Assembly (NCBI GenBank): GCA_045537095.1
Contig: JAZSOV010000129.1
Location: forward strand, 24,665 to 88,664
From: Alistipes sp.
GTDB taxonomy: Bacteria > Bacteroidota > Bacteroidia > Bacteroidales > Rikenellaceae
Direction of reading: 5' to 3'
Length of the DNA stretch: 64,000 nucleotides
Below are positions 25,024 to 34,461 of this stretch, piece by piece (within the stretch, counting starts at the first letter, position 1; each line of letters opens with the position of its first letter). The notes beneath the pieces were generated by a model. The model was not told where the DNA came from, did no database searches, and saw only the letters and a program-made list of their open reading frames with translations. Made by a program: the position numbers and the translations under genes.

Positions 25024-25086
25024 ATGGGTGAACTTTAATAGATAGGAACTAAAAAATAATTCTTAATTCCTAATTTAGCCGCAGGC

Positions 25087-25608
25087 TTAGATATTTTCCC
25101 TTGTGTCGTGAGGTTTGATGAAACTGCCTGCAAATTTGACCAACTCATTGCACTCCTCGCAAGAGATATAGTACTTATCGCCGTCAATATCGGTAATCTC
25201 TACAAACTTGCCCCAGCGCGAGGCGTAGATATGCACAAACTCCATGGTGCGAAGATTTAAGAAGCGGCCATAGTGTCCGAAGAATCCCATTGCTGCAAAT
25301 ATCGGCAGGCACGAGCGCATCTCACGATGCTCGACCTTGCGAATGTTGGCAATATCTTCGTAGACGAGCGAGGTATCTTCGGCTATGCACTGTATCTCTA
25401 TGCCCTCCTCGTCTACCACTACGCGGCGCGGAATGGAGAGTACCATCAGAGCCAACACGGCCAATATCAACGATATAAACCAAGCCGAGATATATCCGCC
25501 CTCATAGACAAACGCCAATAATACCGACACCCCGACAAAGAGTAGCATATATATTATGGAGCTATATATGACTTTGTTTCCTAACTTATACCTATATATT
25601 CTCTCCAT
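25087..25608 (-). CDS. Bacterial PH-domain membrane protein
   Basis: Two TM segments, then GFFGHYGRF...YAS...YYISC. Confidence 0.75.
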   Translation of the reverse strand: MERIYRYKLGNKVIYSSIIYMLLFVGVSVLLAFVYEGGYISAWFISLILAVLALMVLSIPRRVVVDEEGIEIQCIAEDTSLVYEDIANIRKVEHREMRSCLPIFAAMGFFGHYGRFLNLRTMEFVHIYASRWGKFVEITDIDGDKYYISCEECNELVKFAGSFIKPHDTRENI

Positions 25609-26287
25609 AGTTGTCCATTGCTGCTATCGCTTCCGCGATAATCAAATCGTCAGGTGTTGTAATTTTGATATTCGAGTATTCGCCCTCGCACAATGCGATT
25701 TTTTCGCCCGAATACTCCACGACCGAAGCATCGTCAGTAAACTCCTTTCGGAACTCGGTGTCATAGGCTGCGCGCAAAATAGGTGCAGCAAATACCTGTG
25801 GAGTCTGAACAATGCGTAGTGGAGTGCGGTCGATAATATGCGACTCATCGCCCTCGACCATACGATACGAATCTACCGCCCTGACCACGGGTATTGCCGA
25901 GCCATGTTCGACAGCGCAAGCCACCGTGCGAAGTATCAGCTCCTTCGATGCAAAGGGGCGAACACCATCTTGCACAGCGATTAAATCTACCGCATCGCTC
26001 AGTGCCTCAATGCCGTTGCGCACCGAGTGAAAACGCTCTTCGCCACCCTCGACTACGGAGTGTTTTGCCACCTCGAAACGCGCCGAAAAATTCTTCCAGA
26101 ACGCGATATGTTCGGCAGGAAGTACTACAACAATGCGCGATGTCGGCAACGCTTTACGGAAGGTATTTATCGTGCGTGCCAAAATCGGCTCGCCTCCCAC
26201 AAGCGAGAACTGCTTGGGAAGTGTGCCACCCATTCGACTGCCACTGCCTCCGGCAACTATTATCACTCCTACTCTTGGTTGTTCCAT
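25592..26287 (-). CDS. ispD: 2-C-methyl-D-erythritol 4-phosphate cytidylyltransferase
   Basis: AGGSGSRMG..PKQF, QDGVRP, VQTPQ, TDDASV, NIKITTPDDL. Start at MEQPR. Confidence 0.95.
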   Translation of the reverse strand: MEQPRVGVIIVAGGSGSRMGGTLPKQFSLVGGEPILARTINTFRKALPTSRIVVVLPAEHIAFWKNFSARFEVAKHSVVEGGEERFHSVRNGIEALSDAVDLIAVQDGVRPFASKELILRTVACAVEHGSAIPVVRAVDSYRMVEGDESHIIDRTPLRIVQTPQVFAAPILRAAYDTEFRKEFTDDASVVEYSGEKIALCEGEYSNIKITTPDDLIIAEAIAAMDNYGENI

Positions 26288-26685
26288 ATCAACTTCTTCC
26301 CAAATCCGAGCGTATTGTCGGTCAATTTTATAAATGTAGGCACTACTGCCCAAATGCTCAGTGGTGCCATTGCAGCATAAGGAAATCGTTTGATATAAAT
26401 CTTCTTATCCTCCTCATCCCCACGCTCTGCTATGCCACAGATTTGCGTACCCTGCACCTTGCCCACTATGCGTGTTTCGAGGGTTATACCAATGGCGACC
26501 TTTGCATTTTGCAACATCTCCTGCGCGTGTCGTGTAGCGTCATCGGAGGTGAATATAATGCGGTTGCGCTCCTTGTCATAGGCATAGAAACAGGCGGCAC
26601 AATACGGCTCGCCCGTGCTTGATACGGTAGCAAGGGTAAGGACATGATGCCGCTTTATAAAGTCTACTATGCGTTTGTCTACCAT
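26269..26685 (-). CDS. Pyridoxamine 5'-phosphate oxidase-like (YhbP-type) FMN-binding protein
   Basis: HHVLTLAT, PYCAACFY, KLTDNTLGFGKKLIW. Confidence 0.85.
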   Translation of the reverse strand: MVDKRIVDFIKRHHVLTLATVSSTGEPYCAACFYAYDKERNRIIFTSDDATRHAQEMLQNAKVAIGITLETRIVGKVQGTQICGIAERGDEEDKKIYIKRFPYAAMAPLSIWAVVPTFIKLTDNTLGFGKKLIWNNQE

Positions 26686-26691
26686 CGATGA

Positions 26692-27930
26692 TTAGATTTT
26701 GTCCAAGTTTGTAACCTTCATCGAATCGGGTACTTCGCCATTCAACTCAGCCATAACGCGAATACGCACACGCTCGAACCTGTCGAAATTATCCTTTGAG
26801 ATAGGTTCAGAAGGTTTCTGCGGGACTTTTAATGGGTTTATGGCTGTCGATCCTTTCCATAAGCGGAAGTCGAGGTGTGGGCCTGTCGAGCGGCCGGTAT
26901 TACCTACATAGCCGATGACCTGACCTTGCGAAACGCGCGCTCCAACCTTAATACCCTTGGCAAAACCGCGCAGGTGGAGGTATCCCGACGAGAGGTTGCC
27001 GGGGTGCTTGATTTTGAGCATATTTCCAGCCGCCTTGTCATACGACTTTTTGGTAACTACGCCATCTGCCACTGCGCGTACGGGTGTTCCCGAAGGTGCC
27101 GCATAGTCTACACCATGATGAGGGCGGTATCTCTTCAATACTGGGTGAAATCTCGCATGCGAGAACTTCGAGGAGATACGGGTAAATTTCAGTGGAGCTT
27201 TTAGGAGCTGCTTGCGCAGTGAGCCTCCATCGGCCTCCCAATACTGCAACTTGCCGTTTTGCTCGAAAGGTATGGCGTATATCTCCTTGCCACGATGGGT
27301 AAACTTGGCTCCCCAGATGCGGCCAACACCTACCGAGAGTGTGTCGATAAACTTTTCGTCATAGATGACTGTGAAGTGGTCGCCATTTTGGATGCCAAAG
27401 AAATCTACGGTCCACTGATATATCTCCTCCATCTCCGCAGCGAGTGAATACGGCAGGTCAGCCTCCATAATAGCACCCCAGAGCGATGTTGATATTGTGG
27501 CCGAACTCTTCTTGCGGCGTATCTCCACCTCTCGCTGACCTTCGCGCACCGCCACCGTGTCGCCCACAAAGGCGAAGACTACATAATCGACCAAATTTTT
27601 CTCGTAGACCAAATAGTCGAGTTTTACAGCCGTGGAGTCTTGGCGTGTAAAGGTGGTGTAGTGGCTACCCAAACGAATCGTTCGCAGTGGGCAAATCTCC
27701 TTCGTCAGCTGGTCAAGGCGCAAAACCTTTTGTGTGCCAATGCCGTAGTTACCTAAAATCTTGCTCCAAGATTCGCCGCGCTCTACGGTTTTGCGCTCAA
27801 CGGTGTAGTTGTCGGCATTTATGCCGAATACGATATTAGGCTCTTTCTCTGCCTTTTTGCCCATCGATGAGCAGGCCGATATCGATACTGCTGCAAGGGC
27901 TACAAATATGGTATAGATAATTCGTTTCAT
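26692..27930 (-). CDS. M23-family murein DD-endopeptidase lipoprotein (MepM-like)
   Basis: HHGVDYAA and STGPHLDF motifs; lipobox ISAC. Start at MKRII. Confidence 0.92.
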   Translation of the reverse strand: MKRIIYTIFVALAAVSISACSSMGKKAEKEPNIVFGINADNYTVERKTVERGESWSKILGNYGIGTQKVLRLDQLTKEICPLRTIRLGSHYTTFTRQDSTAVKLDYLVYEKNLVDYVVFAFVGDTVAVREGQREVEIRRKKSSATISTSLWGAIMEADLPYSLAAEMEEIYQWTVDFFGIQNGDHFTVIYDEKFIDTLSVGVGRIWGAKFTHRGKEIYAIPFEQNGKLQYWEADGGSLRKQLLKAPLKFTRISSKFSHARFHPVLKRYRPHHGVDYAAPSGTPVRAVADGVVTKKSYDKAAGNMLKIKHPGNLSSGYLHLRGFAKGIKVGARVSQGQVIGYVGNTGRSTGPHLDFRLWKGSTAINPLKVPQKPSEPISKDNFDRFERVRIRVMAELNGEVPDSMKVTNLDKI

Positions 27931-28082
27931 AGCGACAAAGTTATGAATTATTGGTTGAATATCCAAATTTGAGAATTGCCTTATATAGCGACTTCTAAGT
28001 TTCATAAGTTTCCATATTTTTGTGAATTACAATAAAATATACTACCTTTGCCTATAATACTGATACTTGTTTAGAAAAGTAG

Positions 28083-29276
28083 ATGATGAAAACAATTAAA
28101 CTCTCCGTTTTGATTGCGTTGCTCTCTGTGAGTTCGGCTCTTGCGCAATCAAGTGTTGCGCCTAAGAACTTGGGCAAGACACAATATTCTCGCAATGAGA
28201 TAGTTATTCCTCGCGTTGGCGGCTACAATGTATACAAGGCCGATTTACATACTCACACGCTCCACTCCGATGGCGATATTTCGCCGGCTTTGCGCGTGGA
28301 GGAGGCTTGGCGCGATGGTTTGGATATTGTCGCCATTACCGACCATATGGAGTATCGTCGCATTGAGCGTCAGATGTACCCCTTCATGAAAGAGTATATT
28401 CGTGAGGATTTGCAGGCAGAGGGCAAGGCTGTGAATACGAATGTGTTAAATAAAGCCCCCGACTCTTACGGAGTGCTTGCAGATTTTAATGTTGGCTACG
28501 AAAAGGCCGCTGAGAGGGGAGCAAAGTTGGGGATAATGGTTATCAAGGGGGTAGAGATTACTCGTGGTAATGAGGGCGACTATAACGCTTTGTTTACCAC
28601 GGATAACAACAAAATTTATGACCCCAATCTCGAAAAGACAATTCGCAATGCTCGTAAGCAGGGTGCATTTATATTTCATAACCACCCTTTCAAATTCTCC
28701 TCGCAGTATGCTAAGAAACAACCCGCACACTGTGCCTATCTCTACAATGGTGGGCTTATCGATGGAATGGAGTTGGCGAATGGATTTTATATGTGGAACA
28801 ATCTGATAGACTATTGTTTCAACAATGACTATACTCCAATCTCCACTTCGGATGTACATGGCCTCATATCTACGCGATTTTCGGGTGCAGGTAGGGAGTA
28901 TTTTCGCAATATGACACTGATACTCTCCAAAAAACGCGATAACAAATCTATCAAGGCTGCACTGCTTGCAAAGCGCACTATTGCCTATTGTGGCAATGTG
29001 CTTATTGGTAATGAGCATCTGTTATCAGAGCTCTTCAAGGCGTGTGTGGAGATTGAGGCCATCGCTGTTGGTCAGCATAGTAAGCGAGTGTTGATTACCA
29101 ATAGGAGTTCGCTGCCGTACTCCTTCCGCTGGGAGGCTGGCAAAGAGGGCTTTGTCAAGGGTTTAAGTGCTACGGTTATAGAGGTTGATAAGGGGTGTAA
29201 ACTTCTCGGATTGGAGATTACAAATATGAGGTGCGGCACAAGAAAATCCCCGGTGGTGAACTTCAAATTGAAATAA
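28083..29276 (+). CDS. Secreted PHP-family phosphoesterase (paralog 2)
   Basis: DLHTHTLHSDG, ITDH, GVE, NHP, SDVH; TACCTTTG promoter at 28043-28050. Confidence 0.85.
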   Translation: MMKTIKLSVLIALLSVSSALAQSSVAPKNLGKTQYSRNEIVIPRVGGYNVYKADLHTHTLHSDGDISPALRVEEAWRDGLDIVAITDHMEYRRIERQMYPFMKEYIREDLQAEGKAVNTNVLNKAPDSYGVLADFNVGYEKAAERGAKLGIMVIKGVEITRGNEGDYNALFTTDNNKIYDPNLEKTIRNARKQGAFIFHNHPFKFSSQYAKKQPAHCAYLYNGGLIDGMELANGFYMWNNLIDYCFNNDYTPISTSDVHGLISTRFSGAGREYFRNMTLILSKKRDNKSIKAALLAKRTIAYCGNVLIGNEHLLSELFKACVEIEAIAVGQHSKRVLITNRSSLPYSFRWEAGKEGFVKGLSATVIEVDKGCKLLGLEITNMRCGTRKSPVVNFKLK

Positions 29277-29307
29277 TTGAGTGTCAATATTTAAGAGATA
29301 AAAAAAG

Positions 29308-30498
29308 ATGAAAAAGATAGGACTATCACTATTGGCGACTATACTTACACTCTCCTCTGCATCGGCTCAATTGAACGCCATTAAGGTATCATCCAAAAAT
29401 GTAAAAGGGGGGCGTACCGATATTGTAATTCCTCAGGTCAAAGGATATAATGTCTACACAGCAGATTTTCACACTCACTCCATATACTCGGATGGCGAGA
29501 TGACTCCTGCTCAACGAGTAGTGGAGGCTTGGGAAGATGGACTTGATATTGTGGCGATAACCGACCATATTGAATATCGCCCCGGTGAAAATGAGATATT
29601 GCGATATATGGGTGGCTATATTCGCCCTGAATTTCGCGGTGGAGATAAGGCGGTAAATGCCGATATCGTAGACTCGGCTCCCGATTCGCGAGGTATAATA
29701 TCCGACCTCAATGTTGGCGGCAATATGGCTGTCAAGGAGGGTAAGAAATACGGCATAATGGTTGTCAAAGGTGCTGAGATTACGCGTGGCAAACTTGGTA
29801 GCTACAACGCTCTATTTACGAAGGATAACAATGCAATCTACGATACCAGTCTCGAAACGGCAATCCGTAATGCGCGAAGTCAGGATGCTCTGATTGTCTG
29901 CAATGCACCCCATAGTGCTGATAATGAAGATGTGGCGATGTCGCCATACTGCAAGCCGTTGCTCGATAAGGGATTGGTAGATGCTATCGAGGTGGCAAAT
30001 TTGCAAAAATCGTATCCTGCGCTATTCCCGTTGTGTTTCGATGGAAAGTATGCCCCTATTGCAGCGTCTAACATACATAAATTGATTGATATCGAATATC
30101 CTAATTCGGGCAAAGAGTATTTCCGCAATATGACGCTTGTGCTTGCAGAGAGATGCGATGAGGAGTCTATCAAGGAGGCCATACGAAACAGGCGCACAAT
30201 AGCCTATTTTGCCAACATGTTGGTAGGCAGCGAGGAGTTAATAACAGAGTTGTTTAAGGCGAGTGTAGAGGTGGAGTATTTGGGCGTTGATTGGAAAGAT
30301 AAGCGCATTAAGGTAACCAACAAAAGCTCGTTGCCATTAGCCATCAGCTGGGGCAAAGGTAGAGAGAAAGCTCTGCCGGGCTTGGGTTCAATAATCTTCA
30401 CTGTTAACCGAAAAAACGAGAAGGTGAATATCAAGGCGGTGAACATGTTGTACGGAAAAGGCAAGTCGCCGGTAATCTCCTTGAAACTAAAAAAATAG
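29308..30498 (+). CDS. Secreted PHP-family protein (paralog 3, partly degenerate active site)
   Basis: DFHTHSIYSDG and ITDH retained, but NHP is NAP and SDxH is SNIH. Confidence 0.8.
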   Translation: MKKIGLSLLATILTLSSASAQLNAIKVSSKNVKGGRTDIVIPQVKGYNVYTADFHTHSIYSDGEMTPAQRVVEAWEDGLDIVAITDHIEYRPGENEILRYMGGYIRPEFRGGDKAVNADIVDSAPDSRGIISDLNVGGNMAVKEGKKYGIMVVKGAEITRGKLGSYNALFTKDNNAIYDTSLETAIRNARSQDALIVCNAPHSADNEDVAMSPYCKPLLDKGLVDAIEVANLQKSYPALFPLCFDGKYAPIAASNIHKLIDIEYPNSGKEYFRNMTLVLAERCDEESIKEAIRNRRTIAYFANMLVGSEELITELFKASVEVEYLGVDWKDKRIKVTNKSSLPLAISWGKGREKALPGLGSIIFTVNRKNEKVNIKAVNMLYGKGKSPVISLKLKK

Positions 30499-30581
30499 GA
30501 GAAATAAATTTTTGATAGACCAAAAGGTTGTATTTTAAAATATTATTCGTATCTTTGTTTGGAGTATAGTATCGAAAAGAG

Positions 30582-31646
30582 ATGAAAAGAGCCTTGTTGA
30601 AAATAGCATCGCTGTTTTATGGTGCCGCAATAAAGTTGCGACACCTGCTCTTCGATATGAACATACTTCATAGTGAGCGATTTGATATTCCGGTTATCTG
30701 TGTCGGAAATATCACAGTCGGCGGTACGGGCAAAACACCTACCGTGGAGATGCTTGTAGAGCACTATTCGGAGGAGAACAATGTGGTGGTTCTTTCGCGT
30801 GGCTACGGCCGTACAACAAAGGGCTATCGCGTAGTAAAGGTCGATGACAACTACCGCGCCGTAGGCGATGAACCGTTGCAGATGAAACGCAAATTCCCAA
30901 ATGTGACGGTGGTGGTTTGCGAGAAGCGCGCCTTTGCTATCCACCGTATTCAGGAGGAGTTCCCCGATACCGATATGATCATTATGGACGATGGCTTCCA
31001 ACATCGTTATGTCGATCCGCTGATAAATATCATCATTGTCGATGCCAATCGTCCTGTCGAGCGCGATCATCTGCTCCCATACGGACAGCTGCGCGATACG
31101 ACCGACTCGCTTGACCGCGCTCACTACTTCATCGTAACGAGGTGTTCGGAGAATATGAAGCCTATCGATATGCGCGTAATGCGTAAAGTATTGGTCGAAA
31201 AACCTTCGCAAGAGATATTCTTCTCGCGTATGCAGCCGGCACAACCTTGCGCGGTTTTTGCAGAGGTTGATGCTACGGTGGCGCATGGCGCGAGTGTGAT
31301 AGCCATGTCGGGTATAGGCGATAGCGAGGCCTTCAATCGTGGCTTGAAGCAGCGCTACAATGTGGTTGCTACAATCGACTTGGAGGATCATCACTCCTAC
31401 CGAATGAACGATTTGAAGCTAATGCAACAACTCTTGGATAGATACCCTGAGGCGGTCATTATGACTACGGAGAAGGATGCGGTTAAATTGGCTTATAGCA
31501 ATGCTGTGACTGAGGAGTTGCGTACCAAACTATTCTACGAGAGAATTTCGTTGCGCTTCGTGGGAGATAGCCGTGCCGAACTCTTTGCAAGGATTGATAA
31601 CGATATAAAAAACAAGGATAATGGAACACATATTAAAGGCTTGTAA
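30582..31646 (+). CDS. lpxK: Tetraacyldisaccharide 4'-kinase
   Basis: VGNITVGGTGKTP, LSRGYG, GDEP, MDDGFQH. Confidence 0.96.
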   Translation: MKRALLKIASLFYGAAIKLRHLLFDMNILHSERFDIPVICVGNITVGGTGKTPTVEMLVEHYSEENNVVVLSRGYGRTTKGYRVVKVDDNYRAVGDEPLQMKRKFPNVTVVVCEKRAFAIHRIQEEFPDTDMIIMDDGFQHRYVDPLINIIIVDANRPVERDHLLPYGQLRDTTDSLDRAHYFIVTRCSENMKPIDMRVMRKVLVEKPSQEIFFSRMQPAQPCAVFAEVDATVAHGASVIAMSGIGDSEAFNRGLKQRYNVVATIDLEDHHSYRMNDLKLMQQLLDRYPEAVIMTTEKDAVKLAYSNAVTEELRTKLFYERISLRFVGDSRAELFARIDNDIKNKDNGTHIKGL

Positions 31647-32424
31647 AGCGATTAAAGAGGCCACAAACGGCTTTCAACCAGAGGTGGGTATCATTCTCGG
31701 CACGGGCTTGGGTGGTTTTGTCGATAGTATAGATGTGGAGTTCCGCTTGGAGTACAAGGATATTCCAAATATGCCTGTTTCGACCGTTGAGGGCCACAAG
31801 GGTTGCCTTATCTTTGGAGAGGTGGCAGGCCGTAAGGTTGTGGCTATGCAGGGACGCTTTCACTACTACGAGGGTTATACCATGAAGCAGGTTACATTCC
31901 CTGTACGCGTTATGGCTCTGCTCGGCATAAAGACTCTCTTTGTATCGAATGCGGCGGGTGGCATAAACACATCGTTCTGCGTGGGCGATTTGATGATTAT
32001 TACCGACCATATCAATCTTTTGCCAAACCCTTTGATCGGGCCAAATATGGCAGAGTTTGGACCTCGTTTCCCTGATATGCACGACTGTTACAGTTCAGCA
32101 ATCCGTGCTAAGGCTACGGCTATAGCTGAGCGCGAAGGCATAAAGTTGCAATATGGTGTCTATGTCGGCACTACGGGACCAACTTTCGAGACACAGGCCG
32201 AGTATCGCTACTTCAAGGCTATTGGTGGTGATGCGGTGGGTATGTCTACCGTGCCCGAGGTTATTGTGGCTCGCCATATGGGAGTGCCTTGCTTTGGTGT
32301 CTCGGTGGTTACCAATTGCGGTTTGAGCGATGAAAAGGGAGACCACGAGGATGTGCAGTTGCAGGGTAAGAGGGCAGGAGAGCGTATGGCTCGCCTCTTT
32401 ACGGAGTTGATTCGAGAGATATAG
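31621..32424 (+). CDS. punA: Purine-nucleoside phosphorylase (trimeric family)
   Basis: ILGTGLG, STVEGH, QGRFHYYEG, GPTFET, VGMSTVPE. Confidence 0.95.
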   Translation: MEHILKACKAIKEATNGFQPEVGIILGTGLGGFVDSIDVEFRLEYKDIPNMPVSTVEGHKGCLIFGEVAGRKVVAMQGRFHYYEGYTMKQVTFPVRVMALLGIKTLFVSNAAGGINTSFCVGDLMIITDHINLLPNPLIGPNMAEFGPRFPDMHDCYSSAIRAKATAIAEREGIKLQYGVYVGTTGPTFETQAEYRYFKAIGGDAVGMSTVPEVIVARHMGVPCFGVSVVTNCGLSDEKGDHEDVQLQGKRAGERMARLFTELIREI

Positions 32425-32441
32425 AAGAAAAACAGAAAGAT

Positions 32442-32930
32442 ATGATTAACAAGGTTATTTTAGTCGGAAATGTAGGTCTTGATCCTGAGGTCAGAGCCTT
32501 GGAGTCGGGCGTGAAGGTTGCGCGTTTACGCTTGGCAACCACTGAGCGATATACAGATCGCCAGACAAACGAAACGAAAGAACAGACCGAATGGCACACT
32601 GTAACATTGTGGCGTAACTTGGCCGATGTAGCCGATAAGTATGTACATAAGGGCAGTCAGCTCTATATTGAGGGATCATTGCGTACACGAGAGTGGACCG
32701 ATAAGGACAATCAGAAGCGTTACACCACCGAGATTGTAGCAACAGATATGAAGTTGCTCGGTCGCCGTAGCGATGCACAGCCACAGCAGGAGTATTCACA
32801 GACTACATCTGCTTCGGCACCTGTTTCTACACCTGCACAGCCTACATACCAGCAGCCTGCACAGCCAGCATATCAGCAGCCGGCTGCACCGGTCGTACCT
32901 GCGGATAGCGCAGATGACCTCCCATTCTAA
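32442..32930 (+). CDS. ssb: Single-stranded DNA-binding protein
   Basis: INKVILVGN, TEWH and acidic tail DDLPF. Confidence 0.97.
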   Translation: MINKVILVGNVGLDPEVRALESGVKVARLRLATTERYTDRQTNETKEQTEWHTVTLWRNLADVADKYVHKGSQLYIEGSLRTREWTDKDNQKRYTTEIVATDMKLLGRRSDAQPQQEYSQTTSASAPVSTPAQPTYQQPAQPAYQQPAAPVVPADSADDLPF

Positions 32931-32986
32931 TCAAGAAGCGGAGAGGGGATAATAGAAGAGGGAACAATAGAAGAGGATACAATAGA

Positions 32987-33023
32987 ATAGAGGCCGGCTA
33001 TAAGTAAATTAGCCGGCCTCTAT
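32987..33023. terminator. Bidirectional terminator between convergent ssb and the efflux operon
   Basis: 14-bp stem ATAGAGGCCGGCTA/TAGCCGGCCTCTAT. Confidence 0.8.
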
Positions 33024-33042
33024 CATTATTACATAGGTATAA

Positions 33043-34461
33043 CTACTTCTCCTTCTTCTCCTTTGCGGCTCTCTTCTTGCACTTGAAGATTGGGTTTTTC
33101 TCGATAGCCGGCTCTACGCTTGTGTCGATACCTCCACCCAAAGCACGATAGAGATTGATGACTCCCTGAATGCCTTCGAAGCGGTCGGAAACCTGCAACA
33201 GACGCGCCGAAAGCAACGACTGCTGCGCTGTCAAGACCTCCAAGTAGGTTGCCTCCGAGTGGCTCATCAGCTGACGGGTGCTGTAAACAGCCTGCGACAG
33301 GTTCTCGATTTGGCGAATGCGAAGGTTAGTCTTGCTGCGCGCCGAGCGACATTGTGCCAAAGCAGTATTCACTTCGCTACCTGCCTCCAACAATTTATGC
33401 TCAAAGTTGAGCAAAGCTTCGCGCTGTTGCGACTGTGCAATCTTGTAGTTAGCGCGATTTTTACCAGCATTAAAGATAGGTTGCACCAACTTTGCCAAGA
33501 ACGAGAAAGCCCAACTTGTCGGAAGACCTTTGAGTGCTCCATCACCTGTGATGGTTAATGAAGGATAGAGATTAGCGTGAGCTATATTGGTGTTGTAGAA
33601 TGCCAACATCAGGTTATGCTCTGCCTGCTGCACATCGGGACGGCGCGAAAGCAATTGTGCAGGTACACCCACCAACAACTCCTGCTTGAAATCTACGCTG
33701 TTCAATTCGCCGCGAGGGAAATCTTGCGGCGTAACACCGAGCAGCAACGCAAAAGCGTTCTGTGCCTGCACCAACTTGTATTCCAAATCGTGCAACGATG
33801 CATCAATCGAGCAACTGTTCGCCTCGGTCTGCGAGATAGAGGCTGCATTGGTCATACCTGCCTCCTTCATCGCTTTCATGGTGCGGACATTCTCTTTCCA
33901 CGATGCAGAGGTCGAGCGCGAAATACGGAGCTGCGCATCGAGCATCAGCAGTGTGTAGTAGTTGTTCGCAATAGCCGCTACGAGAGCTGTCTGTACGCTG
34001 CGGCGATAGAGTCGGTTGTACTCCAAAGTCGCCTCTGCACGGCGTTTAGCGTTGATATTGCGCGCCATGATATCAATCTCCCAACTCGCCTTTACGGGTA
34101 GTGTATATGCAAATTGCGCCGATTGCGGAGCAAGACTTACGCCTGCCGAAGGCTCGAAACTGAACGATGGTATGAATGCCAACTTCGCACTCTGTAACGA
34201 AAGCTCCGCCTGTGAAACACGCTCGGCAGCAAGGCGCATATCGATATTGTTCTTCAAACCCTGCTCGATGTAGCCTTGCAGATGTTTGTCAGTGAAGAAC
34301 TCGCGCCACGACACATCGGCCATGGTGGTCGTATCGCTTTTCACGATATTACCATAGAGGTTGTCGGTCGAGATTGTTTCGGGACGACTATACTTCTTAT
34401 ATATAGAGCAACTTGTAAAGATAGTTGCAATACTCAATATTAAAACAAACTTCTTCATCAC
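33043..34461 (-). CDS. RND efflux outer-membrane factor (TolC/NodT family lipoprotein)
   Basis: Lipobox FTSC, PAQLLSRRPDV, LYRALGGG. Confidence 0.93.
   Translation of the reverse strand: MMKKFVLILSIATIFTSCSIYKKYSRPETISTDNLYGNIVKSDTTTMADVSWREFFTDKHLQGYIEQGLKNNIDMRLAAERVSQAELSLQSAKLAFIPSFSFEPSAGVSLAPQSAQFAYTLPVKASWEIDIMARNINAKRRAEATLEYNRLYRRSVQTALVAAIANNYYTLLMLDAQLRISRSTSASWKENVRTMKAMKEAGMTNAASISQTEANSCSIDASLHDLEYKLVQAQNAFALLLGVTPQDFPRGELNSVDFKQELLVGVPAQLLSRRPDVQQAEHNLMLAFYNTNIAHANLYPSLTITGDGALKGLPTSWAFSFLAKLVQPIFNAGKNRANYKIAQSQQREALLNFEHKLLEAGSEVNTALAQCRSARSKTNLRIRQIENLSQAVYSTRQLMSHSEATYLEVLTAQQSLLSARLLQVSDRFEGIQGVINLYRALGGGIDTSVEPAIEKNPIFKCKKRAAKEKKEK

Noticed and set aside
32949-32992. Three AATAGAAGAGG-like short repeats (similar CCTAACGCC repeats at 48212-48243)
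   Set aside because: Low-complexity intergenic filler beside gene ends with no evidence of function.
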